A stretch of DNA of 64,000 nucleotides from Macrostomum lignano (Eukaryota), in contig NIVC01003997.1 in the NCBI GenBank assembly GCA_002269645.1, positions 1,873 to 65,872 on the forward strand. The letters are read 5' to 3'. A program made the position numbers and the translations under genes. Within the stretch, counting starts at the first letter, position 1; every line of letters starts with the position of its first letter. The notes under the pieces were generated by a model. It worked only from the letters and a program-made list of their open reading frames with translations, was not told where the DNA came from and did no database searches. Below are positions 43,810 to 54,688 of this stretch, in pieces.

Positions 43810-45915
43810 TCACTCCATATTCGAATAGCGAGTCGCCTTGCCGAGCCGGGTGACCAGGTAGCCGGCCACGATGATCACCATGCTGACCCCGATGACCCCG
43901 GCGATGGCCAGGGCGACGATGCCAGTGCGGTGCCGCCTGGAGTCCGCCTCGCACAGAAAGGCTGCGAGCGGGGAGCGGGCGTCTGTATGAGATCTTGTGA
44001 GATCTATGTGAGATCTATGTAGGATCTATATGAGATCTATGTAAGATCTATGTGAAATTTATGTGAGATCTATGTCAGATCTATATGAGATCTATATGAG
44101 ATCTCCGTTGGATCTATATTAGATCTATGTAAGATCTATGTGAAATCTATGTGAGATCTATCTGAGATCTATCTGAGATCTATATGCGATCTCTGTGAGA
44201 TCTATGTAAGATCTCTGTGAGATCTATGTGAGATATATAAGAGATCTATATGAGATCTCTATGAGTATATATGTGATCTATTTGATATATATGTGAGATC
44301 TTGTGAGATCTATGGGAGATCTAAATGAGATCTATGTAAGATCTATGTGAGATCTATGTGAGATCTAAATGAGATCTATGTGAGATCTATATGATAAAAT
44401 TGCGATCTATATAACTCTCATAGTCAATCTACAGGTACATTGAACTTCTATCAACTTCATATGAAATTAATTGAAATATTTGTACAGTACATTTTAGATT
44501 CGAAAATGCACTCTTGATTAAAAAGGTAGCGTTGTATAAAATTTACACGCACTCCAGCCTACTACTGAGTAGAAATGCATCAACACTATAATCTGCTAAA
44601 ACAACTCACCTCCATCGTGCGCCTTCTCCCGCCCGTCCGACTCGCTGAGCGCCGTCTCCAAGCGGACAGCTGGGAAATGGACCAGGGCGCCTTCGCCTGG
44701 CGCGCTTTTCAGATCGGCGCCGAGTCGGCGCCAGCGCAGCCGGATCTCCTCGGGAGAATTGCAGACGAAAGCGTTGCGAACTGGCGCAGCGAATAGCAGC
44801 AGAGTTCGCTCGGCCCTGGGCAGCCAGTACTCAACAATGGGCGACTCGCCTGCGGTTGCAGTTGGGATTGAGCACGTTTGGAGTGCTGGGATGCCAGTTG
44901 GCTCAATGGGGAGTTGCTGAGATGCCAGTTGGCTCAATGGGGAGTTGCTGAGATGCCAGTTGGCTCAATGGGGAGTTGCTGAGATGCCAGTTGGCTCAAT
45001 GGGGAGCTGCTGAGATGCCAGTTGGCTCAATGGGGAGTTGCTGAGATACCAGTTGGCTCAATGGGGAGTTGCTGAGATGCCCTGGCTAAAGGGAGGCCGT
45101 AGCCCAGTGGTCCAGCGCGGCGCTCTGATGTGCCAGCGGCCCAGGCTCGATTCCAAGTGCAGTCACATTAATGTGGGTCTAAATTGGAATCTCGGCTTGG
45201 CTCTGCTCGTGCAATTAACGGCCTTGAGAGCCAACCCCCCAAGGCGCAGTGAAGTGTACATGCCTAACGATAATATAAAGTTAGGGCCGCTGTACACTCC
45301 TGTGTGAGTGTGTGCCTGTGCGTATGACTGCGTACGTATCTGCGCGCTTGTGAGCCTGCTCTGGGGAGTCGGCGGAATGGGCAGTAATGCCTCTCGCCGG
45401 TTGTGCGACAATGTCGCTTAAAGTGCACCAGGGTGCACTCAGCCGTTGTCTCTGATAAAAATAAATGCCATGTCTCGGATCCTGTTAATTTGATTCGCAA
45501 AACAGAAGTCCATGAGAAAAGAAGATTAATTTTAAAAAATTAATTTTAAAAAAAAACTAAACTTTCATTGCAGCTAGTATACAGCAAGTCCCAGTCGCAC
45601 AAACCCGACCCACCTTTCACAATGCTGGCATTGGCGAACACGGGGTCCCTCAGATCGGCGAGCAGGCGGAGGTCGCTAACGAAGCTGTAGGTGACTGTGG
45701 CCTGCGAATTTGCGGAGTGATGGTCAATTCTACCGGCCGTGCAATGCTGCGTGCTACTATAAGTAGGAGAGAAATCATCAAAAATATTTTTGTCTTGTAA
45801 CTTCTTACCGGCGAGACTTGGGTCCATACGTTGTCGAATACCTGAGGAATTTCAATTGTTAGATTGATTTTGGTTGATTTTGGTCTGCCTGTCTGTCTGT
45901 CTGTCTGTCTGTCTC

Positions 45916-45981
<66 letters not shown>

Positions 45982-46678
45982 CCCAGCCCTCACCCGCTCC
46001 CGAAAGCGCATCTCGAGCCGCAGGCGGCCGTCGGCCCAGGCCACCTCCAGCCTGGCAGTCCGATTGCCGCAGTCGCCCTCAACTCGACTGCCGTTAGACG
46101 CCGAGGGCAGCGAGACCACCGCTGTGCAGACGCCCTCTGGCTTGTCGTCTTCCGCCCGGCGGCAGGGGTAGGGCAGCGAGAAGGCCGCCCCGGAGAGGTC
46201 GGCGACCACGCAGGGCCGCTCGGAGCTGCTGGAGTTGCCGGACGGGAAAACCCGGAACTCGCTGGCGCCGGCTCGGGTTACCAGGCCGGCTGCAGGGGCG
46301 AGGATGGCGCTGCGTAAGAGAGGCTTTCAGGCACTGAGACAGACACTGAGACAGGCGCTGAGACAGACACTGAGACAGACGCTGAGACAGATACTCAGAC
46401 AGGCACTGAGACAGATACTCAGACAGGCACTGAGACAGACACTGAGACAGACACTGAGACAGATACTCAGACAGGCACTGAGACAGACACTGGAAGACAC
46501 TAAGACAGACACTGAGACAGACACTGAGACAGACACTGAGACAGACACTGAGACAGACACTGGGACAGAAACGCACAAAGACAAAGACAATCAGGCGGGC
46601 AGACCATATCATTTGCTCACAGCTCAAGACACTCAGGGCGATGCCAGTCGCCAACACTGAGACGCTGGTGAACTTCAT
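43810..46678 (-). CDS. LAMP-family (lysosome-associated membrane glycoprotein) single-domain protein, about 277 aa
   Basis: Exons 46678-46621 (signal peptide MKFTSVSVLATGIALSVLS), 46289-45994 (PCVVADL..F..PY..VEGDCGN..L.V.W..L.M.F), 45701-45614 (ATVTYS..DPVFANAS), 44849-44610 (LFAAPVRNAFVCNSPEEIRL) and 43961-43810 (CEAD..IVALAIAGVIGVSMVIIVAGYLVTRLGKATRYSNME*). Junctions are phase-consistent. Confidence 0.8.
43988..44392. repeat. Degenerate ~11-bp repeat (gagatctatgt), LAMP intron 4
   Basis: Direct inspection. Confidence 0.85.
44895..45080. repeat. 31-bp minisatellite, LAMP intron 3
   Basis: Unit tggggagttgctgagatgccagttggctcaa, about 6 copies. Confidence 0.9.
45090..45465 (+). mobile_element. 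tRNA-derived SINE, copy 2 (in LAMP intron 3, antisense to the gene)
   Basis: A box tagcccagtgg (45100-45110), B box ggctcgattcc (45144-45154), A-rich tail. Homologous to 35831-36197. Confidence 0.78.
45882..45980. repeat. (TCTG)n microsatellite, LAMP intron 2
   Basis: Direct inspection. Confidence 0.93.
46330..46565. repeat. 12-bp minisatellite (actgagacagac), LAMP intron 1
   Basis: Direct inspection. Confidence 0.9.
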
Positions 46679-47299
46679 CGGAGCGCGATGGATGAGTAGA
46701 AACTGCGCGTCAGTCAGTGAGTTGCCAATACGAGCCAAGTCATGCGGCAGCTGCAGGCGACAAGCTAAATTTCTATCAGAGTCTTGGCCTTTTCCTATGC
46801 TGCCTGAGCATGGGGGGAGACTGGGGAGGCTGGAGTGGATGTCGTGGGGACAGAGAGAAGAGTGGACGAGAAGCTGGTTTTTATCGATCGATTTTTTGGC
46901 CGCGTGAGAGGAGGCGGGCGAGAATTTCGGGTTTGGAGGGGCGGCAGAACGGGAAGTGGGAAGGAGGCGAGAGGAGGTTCTGGTTGCTGGGGGTCGCACA
47001 GGAAGAGCGGGAAATCAGCTCCAGTTTCTCCCTCCGGGCCCGTATGAACGATTCTCCTTATTGCAGCCAATCAACTACAAAACTCACTTCTTCCTTCCTG
47101 TCTTCCCTAACCCCCTGCTCCTCTTCTGTCCCTCTCCCTGCCTGTCCCCGACTGTCAGAGCCGTGCACAAATTTCTTATCCTACAGACGGAGAACCAAGC
47201 TGTAACTGCACTCTGAGTAACTACTTGAGTGATTTAAACTATTTCGGGATTTTACAATGAAGAGCGTCGCTATTGGACTTGAGCTGAGAGAGATGGGTG

Positions 47300-48095
47300 G
47301 CACTGTTTAGAGTGAGGGTACTGTTTAGTGAGGTCACTGTTTAGTGAGGTCACTGTTTAGTGAGGTCACTGTTTAGTGAAGTCACTGTTTAGTCAAGGTC
47401 ACTGTTTAGTGAGGTCACTGTTTAGTGAGGTCACTGTTTAGTGAGGTCACTGTTTAGTGAGGTCACTGTTTAGTGAAGTCACTGTTTAGTCAAGGTCACT
47501 GTTTAGTGAGGTCACTGTTTAGTGAGGTCACTGTTTAGTGAGGTCACTGTTTAGTGAGGTCACTGTTTAGTGAAGTCACTGTTTAGTGAGGTCACTGTTT
47601 AGTGAGGTCACTATTTAGTGAGGTCACTGTTTAGTGAAGTCACTGTTTAGTCAAGGTCACTGTTTAGTGAGGTCACTGTTTAGTGAGGTCACTGTTTAGT
47701 GAGGTCACTGTTTACTGGGGTCACTGTTTAGAGTGAGGTCACTGTTTAGGGAGGTCACTGTTTAAAGGGAGGTAACTGTTTTGAGTGAGGTCACTGTTTA
47801 GTGAGGTCACTGTTTAGTGAGGTCACTGTTTAGTGAGGTCACTATTTAGTGAGGTCACTGTTTAGTGAAGTCACTGTTTAGTGAGGTCACTGTTTAGTGA
47901 GGTCACTGTTTACTGGGGTCACTGTTTAGAGTGAGGTCACTGTTTAGGGAGGTCACTGTTTAAAGGGAGGTAACTGTTTTGAGTGAGGTCACTGTTTAGT
48001 GAGGTCACTGTTTAGTGAGGTCACTGTTTAGGGAGGTCACTGTTTAGTGAGGTCACTGTTTAGTGAGGTCACTGTTTAGGGAGGTCACTGTTTAG
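47300..48095. repeat. 16-bp minisatellite (cactgtttagtgaggt)
   Basis: About 48 copies. Confidence 0.95.
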
Positions 48096-48940
48096 TTTAC
48101 TGTTGTGCACTGTGTTAGATGCCTTGTTCGTTCACTGATCATTCTAATCAAAGTCGCTAAGGGCGGTAAACTAAAGTAATATTTCATTTTCACTTAAAAC
48201 TTAAAAAATTGCCTTAAAAATAACTTAAGAAGTTAGTGCCTTATAGTTAAGAAGGTCAAGAGTTCATTCAAGAAGCAAGTAATTCTTTTAAATATCAGAT
48301 TGAACAATCAAAGCAGAGTGAATTTACAACGTGGTGGCACATTTATTTTGGTTTTGCATCGAGAGCATGTTTACAGATTACATCGCAGTCAAGGTTTTGA
48401 TATCCACTCACAAGAGTTCTTCCAACGTGCCAACGGACCTTAGTAATAAGGGACCATTTTAAAACAAACAAAGTAATTAAGAGCGCCTATACCTCGCGAA
48501 TGCATAGCAATGTACACTGACAGGGAATGTACATCTCCAGTCCTCATATGGCTAGTGATATGTACAGCTTGTGTGTACGCTGGCTGGGGGGGTACGAGTA
48601 GTCAAACCAACCCCCCAACCCTTCCAGTTCCTGTTCAGCCAATGAGAGCTCGCGAATCAGAATGCACGTAGAGAGCCTCCTCGAACAGAGTCGTAAAATT
48701 TTATTTACTTCATTTGTTTCACTGCCGTGGACCGGTTGTGGGTGCCAGTCTATAATTAGCCGCGACAACGTGCCCAGGGCTGCCTACCCTCCCGCCTAAC
48801 CCTGTGAATCTGCTTTCCGCTCCGCAAGACTTTCATCGACTCTCTCTAATCAGTCAGCTGATAAGAAAGAAGAATTGACTTTAAATACAAGCTGAACTCG
48901 ACTCAACTATACAGCCTATAGTTAGAGCAGAGTTTTGATT

Positions 48941-51504
48941 ATGGCAAAGCAAATTTTAACCAAACAGATTTTGCTTGTAGTCTTACTAAGCTTGCTGATA
49001 CCCAGCAGCTGGGAAGCCCTGACACTACCTTGGGAGACTACAGCTCAAACCCTTGATCCCACACTGACTCGGCCTGCTGCTGCTGCTGACTCAAATAGGC
49101 TCCTGCTCAGAGACATCAGCGGCAGCCTCGAGGTGCCGACCAGGTGCTATTCTGACTCCAGCCAGTGCCAGGTCTACGGCGACTGCTGCCAGTCTGCGGC
49201 AGAAATCCCGGATCCCGTCTCGCACAGATCCGCCCGATTCACCTGCCTGCCAATTGAGCCGCTCAGGCCTGACGGGGAGGCGTCTGATGCGGCCCGCGCC
49301 ACCGACTGCTGCCAGCTGCAGAGGCCAGCGGCTCTGGCCGTGTCTGCCTGCCCAGCCGCCTCCAGCGGCTCCATCAACGATGCTGTCGCTGCGGCTGCAG
49401 CTGCCGCCGCCGATCCCAGAGATGTCGAAGCGTGCGGCAACTTCAACACCGATGAAGGCTTCCGCCGGTTGACTCTGTCATCGATCCCCGTGTTCGGTCC
49501 CGACGGCGTGCTGTACCGCAGCGTCCACTGTCTCCGCTGCCACCGGCCACCGCTGTCAGAACCCATCAGTCAGGACAGGTTCCTGACTAACCTGACAGTC
49601 CGCTGCCAGAATCCAGAGGATTACGTCGGCAGAAATGCCAGCGCCTGGCAGGGCGAGCTGATGCGGCTGCTGCTGAGCGGGGGCAGCCTACCCAGGCGCT
49701 GCCACCTGGCGTTCCGGGTTCAGGAGCGGCTGGTGCACCGCTGCTACGCGGGGCTGCCGCAACTGCACACAGCCGGCGGTGAGAAGTCGCCCAGCGGGGA
49801 CTGCCTCACCGGCGGCACCAGCTATGCGTTCTCGGCGGCGCAGTGTCGGGTCTACCGCAATTCCGCCTGCGCCAAGGATCCGGCCGACGGCGAGCCGCAA
49901 CTCCAGCCTGACTGGCTGCGCTCCCAGTGCGCCGGCGGCAGCTCCGGAATCCTCACTCAGTCCAATCGCGAGTCGTTCAGCGTCCGGCCGAGGCCCAGCC
50001 TGTTGGACTCCGTGTTCAACTTCAATTTGGATCCGAGACTGCTGGCCGGTCAACTGGCTGCAATGTCCACCGAGTCGCCGGCTGCTGACGGTCAGCTGCG
50101 AGATAGCAAGAACGAGTCCAGTTCTGGCGACAGCCCCGGCAACGTCACGGAGGAGGCTGCGTCGGGGCGAGGAGGACCTGCGTCGGCTGCTGGCTTGGCT
50201 GATTGGACCGACTGGGCTACAATGGCGGCTCAGGCAGCCTCGGCCGTTGCGGTTGGTGTCACTGTGGGATCCTCATGCCCTTGAACTTCCCAGATCCCAA
50301 GCCTTTCTGCAAATGCGAGTATCCGTGCTCTGACCCAATCCTGTAAACTTCTGAGCAATCAGTCTGTAAACTCCTGAGAAATCAGTCTGTAAACTTCTGA
50401 GAAATCAGTCTGTAAACTTCTGAGAAATCAGTCTGTAAACTCCTGAGAAATCAGTCTGTAAACTCCTGAGAAATCAGTCTGTAACTTCTCAGATCTGAAG
50501 TGCAGTGCATGTCCTGCGAACCCTACCCAATATCCTACCCAACGCAGGCCCTCAGCCTCACCTGCCTGTACCTGAGCCGCCGCCGTCTGCGCAATCGCTC
50601 CGGCCTCCTCTTAGTGTCGCACGCGCTCAGCCTGGCCGCGGTGAACATTCTCTCCCTCGTCGAGGCCGCCATCGCCGCGGCCTCCTCCGGCGATGTCAGC
50701 GGCTCGCCCTGGACCTGCCTGCTGGCCCTGTTCTGCATGGACGCCGGGTTCACCTGGGCTGGCCTGTTCGGCGTTGACCTGCTGCGCACCCTCACCAACC
50801 TGCTGGCCAGGCCGTCAGCGCCATCCAGGCGCTACGCCCGGTTCGCCGCCGTCGGCTGGGGCCTCCCGGCTGTCCCCGCCGCCGTGGCCGCCGGCCTGCA
50901 CTTTGGCGACAGTCCCGCCCTGTTTGACGCCAAGTCCTGCGGCCTGCCGGAGACCTCGGCAACGACGGCTGTGGCGGCGGCCTGCCGGGTTGGCCTGGCC
51001 TTCGCGCCCTGGGCCCTGGCGCTGGCCTTCAATGTCGCCTGCCTGATCGGCGTGGCCGCCTGCCTCGGACGGGCCGCCAGCCAGGCCCCGGCGTTCGAGC
51101 ACCGATCGACCGGCGGTGGCCGATGGTCGAAGCGCCTCAACGGCCGGGCGCGCCGGACGCTCCGCAGGACGATGCTGACCGCCGGCCGGGTCTCTGCAGT
51201 GCTCGGCGTGGCCTGGCTGCCCTACTGCTGCCTCATCCTGGCCGGATTCGACGACCCGGCATCCGGGGTGTACATCGCTGCCAGGCTGCTCACCGACCTG
51301 CACGGCTGCCTGCTGCTGGCGGCCTTCGCCCGGCTCAGGCACTGCCGCCGGCTGGCTACTCAGCTTAGCGGCTGCAAGTGGCGGCACAGCGCCGCAGGCT
51401 CCTCCCTGGGCTCGTCATCCAAGTCCTCCTCCGCCGCGGCCTCCAAAGGTCGAAGCACTTCCTCGACTGCGGCCGGCGTGTCGGGTGGCGCGTCATCTCG
51501 GTGA
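48941..51504 (+). CDS. Class B (Methuselah-like) 7TM GPCR with Cys-rich ectodomain
   Basis: Exon 48941-~50263: signal peptide and somatomedin-B-like C.SD..C..YGDCC plus CP...C...IPV....YRSVHCLRC motifs. The donor position is uncertain. Exon 50548-51504: TM1 end to TM7 with class-B motifs LRN..G, W...GVD, GWGLP, FAP..L..AFNV, LGVAW, TDLHG. Confidence 0.78.
50340..50490. repeat. 23-bp minisatellite in GPCR intron
   Basis: Unit cagtctgtaaactcctgagaaat, about 6 copies. Confidence 0.88.
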
Positions 51505-54500
51505 CTGCTAGGGAATCGTCTGAATGGTTTCTAATAGCAAAATACGTGTAATTTGCAAGACTTCTCGACAATGTGAAAATTTGAGCATGTGAAACGCTCT
51601 GGTCTATGGCAATTGAAGTGAAATTGTCGAGTTGTCTATGGCTTCTATCAAGGAGTTCTATAATTATTAGCATCTGGAGTGGAAACGAGTTTTCCACTTT
51701 TACCTCATGAGTCATGAGGCCTGGCTCCATGCGGTAAAAATTATCTAACAATTTGCGTGGCCTCGTGAGGTAAAAGTGCAAAACTTGTTTCCACCCCAGA
51801 TTCTAATTATAGAACTCCTTGGCTTCTATGAATGAAGATAACCACACAACTTTCAAGCAATGACCTGCCGGGAAATTTGAGCCATAGACATTTCGAACGA
51901 ATGTCAAGATTATGAATTTTAATGTTGCCAAGAGTCCCATCGACCTTTGATTTCCAAATGACCTTGGAGCACAAAACTGAAGAGCAAATGTTTGGATTTA
52001 GACAAATGCGATACTGAATGCTCTTAGGACTTGCAATCTTGCTATTAGTATTAGTCAAGGCATCAGTCTGCTTTCACAAGCTCGAAATCATCGCCCGAAA
52101 GTCGTTTTATTTTTTTCAAAGACATTGACGAAAAACAAGTGAAGTATGCTTCACTAGAGTTTAAACTTATGTGTACCTTTCCCAGTCACCGAGGGATCTT
52201 GATCCCACTCCTCTGTATTCATTATGGACTGAACTCCGAATCTCCTCTCCCGATGAAAACTAATGTCAGTCTAATGTCTAATGTCAGTCTGAGGCGTTAG
52301 ATTGATTATCTGCGACTCTGGGCGATAGAAGTAACTCTAAGGCCGTGGAGTCTTATCGAGTTGCTATTTCGCATTTCTAACAACTCTATTTAGCCTACTT
52401 GAGTTAGTAGAAAGTTAAGCGCCAACACGTGATGCGCTCGTTAAGAAAAAGTCACATTTAGAGTCGCCCAGAGTCACCAGTGAGTTCACTCTTAGCGATT
52501 CTTGCCTCGGTAGTTTACAAATAGATCAATTAAAAAACTGGAGTTAAACAAAACACGGTCAAGCGTCAAACCGACATTTCATATGGAGCATTTTTTAATT
52601 AATTAGCTATTTTTTGCGATGCTGTTGCAGCATCTATCAAACACACAAAACTTCTTTCAGCCGGCAGGGCGGACAAGATAATATATTTTTTCGAACTGTG
52701 GCTGGCTGGGTGGCTGGTCGAAACAAGAAGCAACACAATTAAAACACAAAACGGGCACGAGAGGCGGAGCGCTGATTAAACAAAGATTAGGTAGCGCTGG
52801 GTTCTACTAATAGTAATATAGTAATAAGTATAGGGTTTTTCGGCTATAAACTCGGTTCGATCCTCAAAAAACAATACGCGATTACGGTGAGACAGGCGGA
52901 CAGGAAAATCGATAAAAATGGGTTGCAAATTATAATTAATTATTAGATATTATATATTTCATTTATTATAGTTAATTTCCGGCCATATAGCTAACAAATA
53001 TAATATTAATAATAAATATTTCTAAGCGCATAGCATATAGCATCATCATTATTGACAGGCTGGGCTGGGCTGTGGGACTCCGGGATCTCAGTTAATATCG
53101 CTTAGTAGCATATTGTGCACGTGTTCGTTTTAATAATAATATTACTGGCAGAGAAAAAGAGTGAGAATTGAAGCTGCTAAACAATAATCAGAGCTTGAAA
53201 ACATACGGCTGTGTAACTATGGTAGGCAAAGCATAATTAGCTTAGCAATCAATAATATAATAAAGAACTAAAGCTGCAGACAGTTAAATGTAAAAAGATT
53301 TCTATTGTCAGGCTGGGGGGCACTGAGGCGGGAGAGCGGCGGGGGCCAGTGGCTAACTACCAAACAAAAGCGCAATCGTTAGCAGAGACAAATTAAGACA
53401 GAAAAGAGCGCAGATGAAATCCTTTATCCATTGAATTTCGAGACGAGAAAAAACACATACTGTTAAAAAGCTAACAAAACTAATGTATAAATAGATTAGT
53501 AATACTTATTAATACACAACAGTCGCTAGACATCTGAAACCAGAAAAACCAGGTCGAGCGGAAAAGTTCAAACGAAAGTTGGTTAGGATTAAAAAAAACA
53601 CTTAAAAAACGGAGCTCCAATGACCGACAAGAAGCAGCCTTCTTATCTGAGCTGGTGCGGCACTTTATATAATTAACTATTATTATTCTAGCTAAGCCTT
53701 CGCTATGAAAAAATCATTAATAAATTTGACAGTTGGCTAGCAAAATTTCTACTAAACACCTTCATTATTAGCAAAGGGAACAGGAAAAAAATTGAAGGCG
53801 CAAAACACGCGCCAGCCTACTAGCAGTAGTTTAGCAAACAATCCGGCAGGTGTATAGAATAATGCAATTATAAAATATTTATTGGTGCCAAATGTGAATC
53901 TTGTAAAAGTTGGGCCGCAACTGTCTTATTATTATTTTTAATGAATAAAGCCGAGTAACAGCAAACCGCGGAACAGGCAAGCAATTTTTTTTGCTTTTTT
54001 TTCTGCTAACGAATAACTCTCGATAGCTGCGGCTCGGTTTGTCGGTCGTGTTCAGCGAAGTTACACTCGAAAAAGTCGATATTAATTAAGCTAGGATTGT
54101 CTCAGAGACTGTGTAACCTGCTCCACCAGACACAGGCGCCGACGCCTTGCAGCAGAAATCAAGTTTAAAAAAATTTTAACTTTCCATAATTTTGTCAGAA
54201 ACGGACAAACAAAGTAGGCAAGGTTACAGACTCGCGGTAATAATAATTAACAATATTTTTCATACTAGAAATAGAAATATGTAGTTAAGCTCGCGGCAGA
54301 TTAACTTAGAGTAACTTACAAAACATATGTAAAGATAACGGATTAAACAGCAGACTACTGTAAGTAAGTAGCATACAAAGCGGTTTATCCTTTAAATTTG
54401 CGATTTTAAACCCAACAGAGGAGGAGAAAAAGAACAGAAGCTGATGAAGCGGGTGAGAGCGAATCATCAGTGTGTGATTATTAGTGCATTTATTGCAATG

Positions 54501-54688
54501 ACGGCGGCTTGGTTCGCGAAAATGGCATATTATATAAAAATATAAGAGTTTTATTAATTAATTGTTAATAAATGTATTAGCATAGCATAGATTTATATGC
54601 AGAGTACAGGCCTTGCGTGTCACTGTGTCCGTACGAATTCGTTTACTCACACATGAATCAGAATTCATAATTTATTAACTGCCAAACT

